This document shows, one piece after another, positions 21,508-29,297 of a stretch of DNA of 64,000 nt. The translations under genes were made by a program, and so were the position numbers. This DNA is from an uncultured bacterium (GTDB lineage Bacteria > Oederibacteriota > Oederibacteriia > Oederibacteriales > Oederibacteriaceae). The notes beneath the pieces are model-generated. The model searched no databases, was not told where the DNA came from, and saw only the letters and a program-made list of their open reading frames with translations. Within the stretch, counting starts at the first letter, position 1, and every line of letters begins with the position of its first letter. The DNA is taken from the NCBI GenBank assembly GCA_965112635.1, contig OZ218778.1:2112001-2176000 (forward strand), written 5' to 3'.

Positions 21508-22965
21508 CTATCTTGGTTGTTTAATTCCTACCCGTTTATACTGCTCTAGCGGGGCGTCATTGGCTTTCATCAACCCAACCATCAGCTTGATCATCCTGGC
21601 CTCTATTTTTTTATCCTGGAGTGGGTGCTCCTGATGAGGGTCAGTTTGGAGGTCAAACAATAGGGTGCCGAACCGATGGGCATTATACGGGGGCCAGGCT
21701 TTTATTTTCATGGTCCTGCAGCCTTTGGTGAATTTGAACGGTTTTTGCAAACGGATGTCTTTCAGCTCCCCGCAGCTGAAGAACTTGCTCATGTGGGTGG
21801 GAATATGGGTGTATTCGAACAGGGGAGTACTGCTTGCCCGCACTGGCGCCCGCATATACACATAACGGCCGTCCGTGCAGTTGATATGCCCGCCGTGGAT
21901 GCCGAACAGGCCCGCCTGGCGCACGGGCATATCCCGGGCGATAGTTTGGCGTAGGGGACGGCCCTGCATGTCCTTGGGTCGGGCGACGCCGAAATATTCC
22001 AGCAGGGTCGGGGCCAGGTCTATGGTCTGCACCAGGCTTTGACGGCGCTCGTTCTTTTTCCCGCTTCGCGGGTCCCAGATGAACAGGGGAGTATGGGCCA
22101 CCTCTTCATAAAAAGGCTGGGCTATTTTGGCCCACCAGTCGTGCTCACCGAGTAAAAAGCCGTGGTCCGTATTGACAATGAGCAGGGTGTCTTTCCAGAG
22201 TCCGTAGCGGTCCATGGCGTCCAGCACCCGGCCCAGGCTGTGGTCGCACATGCTGACCAGAGCGGCATTGAGCAGGCGTATATGGTTGACCTGCTCCGGA
22301 GTTTCCGTGACCATGCGGTAGTGCGGCCAGTCGAACAAGGGGCCTTTGTAGGAATGGGGATAGAGGTTTTGGTATTTTTTGGGCACATAAAAGGGTTCAT
22401 GCGGGTCAAAAGTCTCGATATGCAGGAACCAGTTGTCGCTTTGCCTGTTCGTCTTGATAAATTCCAGCCCTGCGGAAACGGTTTGGGTCTGGGGCCAGTC
22501 TTTTTCGGCAGTGATGTACTGCCGGTTCACCTGGTCCTGGCGCCGGGCCTGGCCGATGAATTTGGGGAGATAAGGGTCTTTAACCTCACCCTTCCAAGGG
22601 TCGCCTTCCTGGCCCCTGAAACATTCCCAGGAATTGTATCTATTGTGATAGGTCGCGCCTCCGTCTTCCCAGTAGTGGTAGTGGTCGCTGGCCAGATGGG
22701 TGTAGATACCGTTGTTCCTGAGTATTTGCGGCATGGAGTCGTCAAAAGGTTCCACAGGGCCCCAGGAACGGTGCAGGAAGTTATAGCGGCCGGTGTGGAT
22801 CTCCCGGCGGGCGGGCATGCAGGGCATGCTGGCGACATAGCATTTATCAAAGGTCACGGTTCTGGCGGCTAGGCGCTGGAAGTTGGGGGCATGGACCCAG
22901 TCACAGCCGTAAGGCGGTAGCATGTGGCGGTTCAGTGAGTCAAACATAAGCATGATAGCTTTCAA
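21508..22965 (-). CDS. Cys-type sulfatase
   Basis: MFDSLN, CMPAR (CxPxR formylglycine motif), FDPHEP, TDHG, LFDLQTDPHQ. Confidence 0.92.
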   Translation of the reverse strand: MKAIMLMFDSLNRHMLPPYGCDWVHAPNFQRLAARTVTFDKCYVASMPCMPARREIHTGRYNFLHRSWGPVEPFDDSMPQILRNNGIYTHLASDHYHYWEDGGATYHNRYNSWECFRGQEGDPWKGEVKDPYLPKFIGQARRQDQVNRQYITAEKDWPQTQTVSAGLEFIKTNRQSDNWFLHIETFDPHEPFYVPKKYQNLYPHSYKGPLFDWPHYRMVTETPEQVNHIRLLNAALVSMCDHSLGRVLDAMDRYGLWKDTLLIVNTDHGFLLGEHDWWAKIAQPFYEEVAHTPLFIWDPRSGKKNERRQSLVQTIDLAPTLLEYFGVARPKDMQGRPLRQTIARDMPVRQAGLFGIHGGHINCTDGRYVYMRAPVRASSTPLFEYTHIPTHMSKFFSCGELKDIRLQKPFKFTKGCRTMKIKAWPPYNAHRFGTLLFDLQTDPHQEHPLQDKKIEARMIKLMVGLMKANDAPLEQYKRVGIKQPR

Positions 22966-23085
22966 AAGATAACCCTCCCTAATGTTTAATATAATACTGC
23001 AAAAGTTCCTTAATTGTACAATCGGGTGGGATTGCAGTAATATTTGAGCATATCAAGGCTATTTGCGGTCAGGAGAACTTCGGCA

Positions 23086-24561
23086 ATGAGAATACTGTAT
23101 CTTGATATAGACACTCTTAGGGCGGACCATTTGGGATGCTACGGCTATCCCAGAAACACCACGCCCAACATAGACGCGGTGGCCAGGGAGGGAGTGCGGT
23201 TTGACCAGTGCTTTGTGTCTGACGCGCCGTGCCTGCCTTCCCGCAGTGCCTGCTGGACCGGCAGATTCGGCATCCATACCGGTGTGGTCAATCATGGCGG
23301 TTTGGCGGCCGACCCTTTTCCCGAAGGCATTACCCGGGGATTCCATAATTCCGCCGAAAGAGACTCCTTTGTCACGGTCTTGAAAAAGAACGGCATGTAT
23401 ACGGCCTCGGTCAGCCCTTTTGCAGAGAGGCACAATTCCTGGTGGTTCTATGCCGGATTTTTGGAGATGCACAACACCGGCGACTTTGGCCATGAAAACG
23501 CGGATGTCATCTTTCCCAAGGCCCTCCAGTGGATACAAACCAACGGCCAAAAGGATAACTGGTTTCTGCACATCAACTGCTGGGACCCCCACAACCCCTA
23601 TGACCACACCGAGGATATAGGCCAGCCTTTTGCCCAAGACCCTCCGCCTTCTTGGATGAACGAGGATATCCTCAAAAATCAGTATCAAAGTTATGGGCCC
23701 AACAGCGCTCAAGACCTCTGGGGTTTTAGCAACCAGAAATGGGAGGGCGCTCTGGATGAATTGCCCGCAGAGATCAAGACCATGTCTGACTTTAAAAAGT
23801 GGATAGACGGCTATGATACTGAAATTTATTACGCGGATATTTATGTAGGCAGGGTAGTGGATTTGCTCAAAAAAATGGGGATATACGACGAGACCATCAT
23901 TGTTATCACCTCGGACCACGGCGAAAATCAGGGTGAGCTCAATATTTACGGCGACCACCACACGGCTGACTACATCACCTCGCGCGTTCCTTTTATTATC
24001 AAGTGGCCGGGAGTGACCAGCCCCCGCGTGGATGAAGGCCTGCATTACCAGACCGATATTGTGGCCACAATATTGGATGTTCTAGGTTTACAGGTCCCCA
24101 AGCTGTGGGACGGTAAAAGCTTTGCCTCTTATTTCAAGAAGAACAGGTCCTATTCCAGGGACTATGTGGTGGTCAGCCAATGCGCCTGGAGCTGTCAGCG
24201 GTCAGTGGTGTTCGACCACTGGATACTGATAAAGACCTATGATACCGGGCTCAAGGATTTCACCGAGCTTATGCTGTTCGATGTGGCCAAGGACCCGCAT
24301 GAAACCAATAACCTGGCCAAGGCCAAGCACCTGGTCGTGCGAAAGGGCCTAAAACTCCTGAGCCAGTGGCACCGGGATATGATGAAAACCTCGGCTAATA
24401 AAATTGACCCGATGGATATTGTGCTGAAAGAAGGCGGGCCGTTCCATACCCGGGATAAAGCGGAGCTGACTCAATACTTACAGCGTCTGGAAAAGACCGG
24501 CCGCGCCTATCACGCCAGGACCTTAAGGAAGTTCAAGGGAAAGCCGACGAGGAAGTATTAG
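23086..24561 (+). CDS. Cys-type sulfatase
   Basis: DIDTLRADHLGCYGY, CLPSR, WDPH, SDHGE, LFDVAKDPHE. Start ATG 23086 after AGGAG. Confidence 0.92.
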   Translation: MRILYLDIDTLRADHLGCYGYPRNTTPNIDAVAREGVRFDQCFVSDAPCLPSRSACWTGRFGIHTGVVNHGGLAADPFPEGITRGFHNSAERDSFVTVLKKNGMYTASVSPFAERHNSWWFYAGFLEMHNTGDFGHENADVIFPKALQWIQTNGQKDNWFLHINCWDPHNPYDHTEDIGQPFAQDPPPSWMNEDILKNQYQSYGPNSAQDLWGFSNQKWEGALDELPAEIKTMSDFKKWIDGYDTEIYYADIYVGRVVDLLKKMGIYDETIIVITSDHGENQGELNIYGDHHTADYITSRVPFIIKWPGVTSPRVDEGLHYQTDIVATILDVLGLQVPKLWDGKSFASYFKKNRSYSRDYVVVSQCAWSCQRSVVFDHWILIKTYDTGLKDFTELMLFDVAKDPHETNNLAKAKHLVVRKGLKLLSQWHRDMMKTSANKIDPMDIVLKEGGPFHTRDKAELTQYLQRLEKTGRAYHARTLRKFKGKPTRKY

Positions 24562-24565
24562 AACA

Positions 24566-24656
24566 TTTAACCGCCAAGATCTATCCGCCATAATTTAACC
24601 GCCAACTGGCCGTAAGAACTGGTGGCTAAACTGGCGGATAAAACTGGCGGATAAAA
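24566..24656. repeat. Inverted array of TTTA(A/T)CCGCCA-type 11-12-mers
   Basis: CCGCCA at 24571, 24585 and 24599 (14-bp period), then reverse copies TGGCCG 24607, TGGTGG 24620, TGGCGG 24632 and TGGCGG 24645. Confidence 0.85.
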
Positions 24657-24666
24657 GCCAAGGGGA

Positions 24667-24675
24667 TGATATAAT
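24667..24675 (+). promoter_or_regulatory. Extended -10 promoter, probably giving a leaderless transcript
   Basis: TGATATAAT (TGn-TATAAT) ends 9 nt before ATG 24685, leaving no room for an SD. Confidence 0.55.
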
Positions 24676-24684
24676 GACTACCCT

Positions 24685-25671
24685 ATGGTGGACGCTTTAA
24701 AAACCCTCAAAACCCCAAAAAAGGACACCCAGGGTATCTTTGGCCTGCTGGTCTGGATATTCGGCTGGGTATTCTTTGTTCATGTGATTTACCGCCTGTT
24801 TATCACCCCTGTAGACGGCTATCTGACCACCCACCAAAAATGGGTCCATGTCAGCCTGGGAAGTAACCCCTATTTCTTGACCGATCTGGGCCAGTCCTGC
24901 GTTCCCTTTGTTTTCTACATCATTTTCCTATTCCTCTATCTCTTCCTGCAGGAGGCCCGCTGCTGGGTGCTTTACCGGGCTCTTCAGGACGATCCAGCCA
25001 GGAGTGTAGGTCAGATGACCTCTTTTCGCGCCCTAAGGGCCTGGTTCTGCCTGTGGCTCGTTTGCCACGGGATCGCCTTTTTAGGCGTGTACCGCATCTA
25101 TACCCCGGACGATAACCGGGTCTTTTTTCTCAACCTGACGGCGTGGTTGTGTATGTTGGCATTCCTGGTCCAGTGGGCCAGCCAGAGCATCCTAAACCAT
25201 CTGCGGGAGGTCAGGGATAGCGTGGCCCCTCAGTCGCTCCAAAAGGTCAGGGAGTCTTTTGGCAGTCTGTTCAAAGATGTATGGTTCAGCGTGTGGGCGG
25301 ACTCCATGCTCAAGCCGGAGCCTAAATTCAAGGAGCTTGACCAGACAAGGGTCATAGATGCGGAGGCCGGGCCGGTCCAGGAAAAGCCCCAGCCTGAGCC
25401 AGCGCCTGATCATCCGGTCCAAAAGTCCGCCCCAAAACCTCAGCAGGGAAAAAGAGAGGCTCAGGGACAGGCGGCCAAACAGCAGATCATGGACTGGGCC
25501 ATTAAAAGGGATGATTGGTTTACCCCCAATGAGTTGGAGGAGGCTTTAGACATGAAAACCAGGACACGGGAACGCTATACCAGCAAGCTTGTCAGCGAGG
25601 GATCGTTGGAAAAAGACGGCACGGGACGCCGCAATAGCCGGTACCGGGCGAAAAGAGGTCCTTTAAAATGA
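24685..25671 (+). CDS. Multi-pass membrane protein with a Pro/Gln linker and C-terminal winged helix-turn-helix
   Basis: About 4 hydrophobic segments, linker QEKPQPEPAPDHP, C-terminal FTPNELEEALDMKTRTRERYTSKLVSEGSLEKDGTGRRNSRY wHTH pattern. Confidence 0.65.
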   Translation: MVDALKTLKTPKKDTQGIFGLLVWIFGWVFFVHVIYRLFITPVDGYLTTHQKWVHVSLGSNPYFLTDLGQSCVPFVFYIIFLFLYLFLQEARCWVLYRALQDDPARSVGQMTSFRALRAWFCLWLVCHGIAFLGVYRIYTPDDNRVFFLNLTAWLCMLAFLVQWASQSILNHLREVRDSVAPQSLQKVRESFGSLFKDVWFSVWADSMLKPEPKFKELDQTRVIDAEAGPVQEKPQPEPAPDHPVQKSAPKPQQGKREAQGQAAKQQIMDWAIKRDDWFTPNELEEALDMKTRTRERYTSKLVSEGSLEKDGTGRRNSRYRAKRGPLK

Positions 25672-26714
25672 AAAGAACCTGGCTCCTCTGTTTCTGCCTA
25701 GTGCTTGGCCTGGCTGTCCTGGCCAAGTCCCAGGATACCGACACCCTGACCCTGGGGAAAGGGCAAGGCAAAACTTACACGGTGGGCGACCCTTCCGGCT
25801 GTTTCGTGGACAACACCAGCATCCTGTCCCTGCGGACCACCGGAGACGACCAGATCAAGGTCACGGCTTTGCAACCAGGCCGATGCACCCTGACCCTGCC
25901 GGGCAAGGCGGGAAGGAACAGGTACATCGGGGTGACGGTGATAAACGCCGTCCAAGATCAGCAAGGGACAAATACGGTCCCAAGTCCAAAGTCTTCGACC
26001 GTGGACATTGGACAGGGGACATTGGACAGGATCACTATCCAGAGCCAAAGGAATCATCGTTCTACCAGAACTAACAATAATGGCGGCGTCCGGGCCAGGG
26101 TAAAAGTGGCCGGGGTCGATCTCTCCACCAACCTGGGTCTGGCCTCTGCTCCCACGCCGGTTTCGACCCCTGTTCAGACCATGCTGAGATACCAGATCCA
26201 ACTGGCCCAGATCGACCTCGGCAAGGTGGAAAATGCCGGGATGCCTTTGGAGCAGACCGGAGTTTTTGAGCCAGCGGCGTTCAGGGGCCGGATGGACCTG
26301 CTCATCAGGGACGGCTATGCCAGACAGTTGGACAACCCGGCTCTGCTGGTGGAGAACAGCGACCCTGCCGGACCGGACAAGCCCAGCAGTGCGACGCTCC
26401 TCAATGGCTCCAAACTGACCCTGCAGGCAACGCTCCTCACTGGGAATAGGATCGAGAACAAGATAGACCTGGAATTGCTGGCCCCTGAGCAGTTCAGCGG
26501 GGAGGCCACGGCCTACAAGGGCAGCGTGGTCTGCAAGCTGGGGGAAACGGTCGTCCTGACCAGCCATATTTACACCCGGCACAGGCCCAATGTGTGGGGA
26601 GTGCCCTATATCTCCTGGCTAAGCTGGGACTTCGGCCACGATGAGAAAAGCTACATCCTCGTGTATCTGACCCCGGCCCTGGCCGCCTACACGCCCCCAA
26701 CCAAAAAACCCTAG
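25668..26714 (+). CDS. Degenerate CpaC/RcpA-like secretin family protein
   Basis: Signal peptide, pilus-formation N-domain pattern (LTLGKGQGKT...IKVTALQPGRCTLTL), secretin-like tail (GETVVL...GVPYISWL...ILVYLTP); ATGA overlap with the upstream gene. Confidence 0.55.
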   Translation: MKRTWLLCFCLVLGLAVLAKSQDTDTLTLGKGQGKTYTVGDPSGCFVDNTSILSLRTTGDDQIKVTALQPGRCTLTLPGKAGRNRYIGVTVINAVQDQQGTNTVPSPKSSTVDIGQGTLDRITIQSQRNHRSTRTNNNGGVRARVKVAGVDLSTNLGLASAPTPVSTPVQTMLRYQIQLAQIDLGKVENAGMPLEQTGVFEPAAFRGRMDLLIRDGYARQLDNPALLVENSDPAGPDKPSSATLLNGSKLTLQATLLTGNRIENKIDLELLAPEQFSGEATAYKGSVVCKLGETVVLTSHIYTRHRPNVWGVPYISWLSWDFGHDEKSYILVYLTPALAAYTPPTKKP

Positions 26715-26730
26715 CCCCGCGCCTGCCTCT

Positions 26731-26766
26731 CCTTCGGCGTTTCGTCATTCGCCGTAACGCCGAAAT
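26731..26766 (+). repeat. 36-nt hairpin element B, copy 1
   Basis: CCTTCGGCGTTTCGTCATTCGCCGTAACGCCGAAAT; 31/36 identical to 27881-27916; TTCGGCGTT/AACGCCGAA stem. Confidence 0.85.
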
Positions 26767-26892
26767 GGGTTGAAGGACCTGAACATGCTCAAGCATGCGT
26801 GCTTTAGCACGTGGTCCTTCAACGGGTATATTCCATAAATACTTAAGAAGATGTACCCTGGAAAGAGGAAAATCAGGTTATTGTTTTGGTGA
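26767..26892 (+). repeat. Structured element A, copy 1 (with a 28-nt loop insert)
   Basis: GGGTTGAAGGACCTGAA-[CATGCTCAAGCATGCGTGCTTTAGCACG]-TGGTCCTTCAACGGGTATATTCCATAAATACTTAAGAAGATGTACCCTGGAAAGAGGAAAATCA...TATTGTTTTGGTGA; near-identical to 27437-27533. Confidence 0.9.
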
Positions 26893-26944
26893 GCGGTCGG
26901 GATGACAAAGAAAGATAGAAGAATATTTTTTTGAAAGCGGATTT

Positions 26945-27400
26945 ATGCCAATCGTACATCTAACATTTAAAATGAGTAGATCAAAAGGCGCGACAGCATT
27001 GATTCGATCGTACCATAAGCCTCATGTTATGGATCAAGGCCATTCAGTTTTTCCTGAAATAGCTTTTGTTCGGCTAAAAAAACGCCAGGGCTGGAATGCT
27101 GTTTGGGCCGACGCCTACAAGGATCGCATCTGGAAATCAATGAAAATTCGTGGTGGCATTAATTTGTTGCCTGAATGGATTAAAGAAAAATTGCCATTAA
27201 GAAACAAAAATAAACCGCTATCAGGATGCTGGGATGTTGTGGCGTGGAAAGGCCGGAAAATAAGGTTTTATGAATTAAAACATAAGGGGTCGGACAAAAT
27301 GAGGCCCAATCAAATTTCCTGGAAAAGAACAGCTATGCGGAGAATGGGATTAACCTCCAAGAATTTTGTCCTTGTTGAATGGAATAAAACAGCGAAATAA
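26945..27400 (+). CDS. Putative PD-(D/E)XK nuclease (VRR-NUC-like)
   Basis: E (FPEIAF), GCWDVVAW, FYELKH and D-x-M-R-P-N-Q follow the VRR-NUC pattern. Confidence 0.6.
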   Translation: MPIVHLTFKMSRSKGATALIRSYHKPHVMDQGHSVFPEIAFVRLKKRQGWNAVWADAYKDRIWKSMKIRGGINLLPEWIKEKLPLRNKNKPLSGCWDVVAWKGRKIRFYELKHKGSDKMRPNQISWKRTAMRRMGLTSKNFVLVEWNKTAK

Positions 27401-27436
27401 TCAATTGATTGGATGGGTGTTTGACGCGGGGGATGG

Positions 27437-27533
27437 GGGTTGAAGTACCTGAATGGTACTTCAACGGGTATATTCCATAAATACTTAAGAAGATGTGCCC
27501 TGGAAAGAGGAAAATCAACATATTGTTTTAGTG
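27437..27533 (+). repeat. Structured element A, copy 2
   Basis: GGGTTGAAGTACCTGAATGGTACTTCAACGGGTATATTCCATAAATACTTAAGAAGATGTGCCCTGGAAAGAGGAAAATCA...TATTGTTTTAGTG. Confidence 0.9.
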
Positions 27534-27548
27534 GAATAGGAGGAAAGT

Positions 27549-27866
27549 ATGGCTCTAAAGGAAAGCAGTTTCCGATGTTCCAGGCTGTGCCACATTTTGG
27601 GAAATCCGGTGACATACAAAATACTGGAAGCCCTGCTGGATAAACCCCGCTACACACCCTCAGAGTTAGCCAAAAAAACCCATAGAACGGTCTCTACCAT
27701 TTCAGGGCATTTGAAAAACATGAGGCTTGCGGACCTGGTCCGTTTTGAAGCCAGAGGCAATCAAATGATGTACAGGATTAAATATAGGAAACAAGCCAGA
27801 GCCATCGTTGAAACACTTAAGAAATATGTGGCAGTTGCAGGCCGTTCTTCATCTTCCCAGCCCTAA
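27549..27866 (+). CDS. ArsR/SmtB-type winged-helix regulator
   Basis: LGNPVTYKILEAL...TPSELAKKTHRTVSTISGHLKNMRLADLVRFEARG; RBS AGGAGG. Confidence 0.85.
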   Translation: MALKESSFRCSRLCHILGNPVTYKILEALLDKPRYTPSELAKKTHRTVSTISGHLKNMRLADLVRFEARGNQMMYRIKYRKQARAIVETLKKYVAVAGRSSSSQP

Positions 27867-27880
27867 ACCTCATCCAATCC

Positions 27881-27916
27881 CCTTCGGCCATTCGGCGATC
27901 GCCGTAACGCCGAAAT
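27881..27916 (+). repeat. 36-nt hairpin element B, copy 2
   Basis: CCTTCGGCCATTCGGCGATCGCCGTAACGCCGAAAT, 14 nt after the ArsR stop. Confidence 0.85.
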
Positions 27917-27935
27917 AGAAAAAATGCGGAATTGT

Positions 27936-27964
27936 TTGACAAGGGGAGGGTGGGAGAGCAAAAT
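27936..27964 (+). promoter_or_regulatory. Putative sigma70 promoter of the R-M operon
   Basis: TTGACA, 17 nt, CAAAAT; RBS AGGAGG at 27987. Confidence 0.5.
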
Positions 27965-28002
27965 TAGGATATTGTAATTTGTAATAAGGAGGAGTGATTT
28001 TA

Positions 28003-29295
28003 ATGACACAGCTAGCCCTGTTATCACCAAATATAGGCCGAAGTGTTGATGCAACATCATCAACATTTTCAAATAATATGTCATTGCCAATACATAGATG
28101 GTTCCGCTATTCAGCAGGTTTCTCTGGAATTTGGGTTAGAGAAACTATTGAGTCTCGTAGGATAAAAAATTCAAATTTGCATGTTTATGACCCTTTTGCT
28201 GGTTCTGGTACTGTTCTAATAGAAAGTCAGTTATGTGGGGTTGATGGCCTTGGCCTTGAGCCACATCCATTTGTACATAAAATTGCTGAAGCAAAGCTTC
28301 TTTGGCGGCGTGACGCAGAGAGTCTATTTAAGTTAGGATTAGCTCTTGTATCTAAAGCACGTGGTGTTAAAGGAAGTCTCTCTGGTTATCCTGTTTTGAT
28401 TCGGAAATGTTTTACAGATGACGTATTACTGGAGTTAGATTGTCTTAAAATTGTTTGGGACAAGATGGCCTCCAAAAAGATTTCCGACGATTTAAAGGTG
28501 TTATGGCTTTTATTAACGTCAATATTGAGGGAGTGTTCGCATGCCGGAACGGCACAATGGCAATATGTTCTGCCTAACAAACAAAAAGCAAAGGTCGGAA
28601 AACCTTTTATAGTTTTTCAAAAGAAGCTCGAAATGTTTTGTGACGATATAATGGCTGCTAAAAGTTATGACAATGGTGGAAAAGCAATAGTTATTAAGGG
28701 GGATGCTAGAAATTGTTCAGGGATTCCGTCAAATTGGGCAAACTTGGTCATTACATCTCCTCCATATGCAAATAATTATGATTATGCAGATGCCACTAGA
28801 CTGGAACTTTGTTTTTGGAAGGAAATTTCGGGGTGGTCTGATTTACAGGAAACAATAAGAAAACATCTTTTGAGATCCTGCACGCAACATGTTTCAGGTA
28901 TTAGCAACGACATTGATTTATTACTTAGTGACCCGCTCCTTGAACCAATTCGATCTGAGATTAGGTCTGTTTGCCAACAGTTGGCTTTAGAACGTGTGAA
29001 TCATGGTGGTAAAAAACAATACCATGTTATGATTGCTGCTTATTTCAAGGATTTAGCGGCTTGTTGGAAAGAATTGCGCCGTATAACGACTAAGAATGCG
29101 GAAGTTTGTTTTGTAATTGGTGATTCGGCTCCTTATGGCATTTATGTTCCTGTTGATATATGGTTAGGAAAATTAGCATTGTCAGTTGGTTTTCGTTCCT
29201 TCAATTTTGAACAGACCAGAGTTAGAAATTTAAAATGGAAAAATAGAAAGCACCGTGTTCCTCTAAAAGAGGGACGTCTTTGGGTGAAAGGATAA
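28003..29295 (+). CDS. DNA N4-cytosine methyltransferase (motif I before SPPY)
   Basis: HRWFRYSAGFS, YDPFAGSGT (SAM binding), ITSPPY (catalytic), FVIGDS. Start ATG 28003 after AGGAGG. Confidence 0.88.
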   Translation: MTQLALLSPNIGRSVDATSSTFSNNMSLPIHRWFRYSAGFSGIWVRETIESRRIKNSNLHVYDPFAGSGTVLIESQLCGVDGLGLEPHPFVHKIAEAKLLWRRDAESLFKLGLALVSKARGVKGSLSGYPVLIRKCFTDDVLLELDCLKIVWDKMASKKISDDLKVLWLLLTSILRECSHAGTAQWQYVLPNKQKAKVGKPFIVFQKKLEMFCDDIMAAKSYDNGGKAIVIKGDARNCSGIPSNWANLVITSPPYANNYDYADATRLELCFWKEISGWSDLQETIRKHLLRSCTQHVSGISNDIDLLLSDPLLEPIRSEIRSVCQQLALERVNHGGKKQYHVMIAAYFKDLAACWKELRRITTKNAEVCFVIGDSAPYGIYVPVDIWLGKLALSVGFRSFNFEQTRVRNLKWKNRKHRVPLKEGRLWVKG

Positions 29296-29297
29296 CT

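Noticed and set aside
23059-24045. 328-aa minus-strand ORF
   Set aside because: Antisense shadow of the sulfatase gene.
24566-24656. Short-repeat array as CRISPR or DnaA boxes
   Set aside because: Units of 12-14 bp have no spacers and do not match TTATCCACA.
25698-26582. 294-aa minus-strand ORF
   Set aside because: Antisense to the secretin-like gene, which has the signal peptide and translational coupling.
26767-27533. Element A as an integron attC site
   Set aside because: The stem runs GTT...AAC, the reverse of the attC RYYYAAC...GTTRRRY order, it precedes rather than follows genes, and no IntI is present.
27310-27657. Short ORFs on both strands across element A copy 2
   Set aside because: They overlap the repeat and the ArsR start, lack an RBS and have no protein-like features.
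26731-27916. 36-nt hairpin repeats ending in GAAAT as a CRISPR array
   Set aside because: Only two copies, 1150 bp apart with genes between them; no spacers of regular length and no cas genes.
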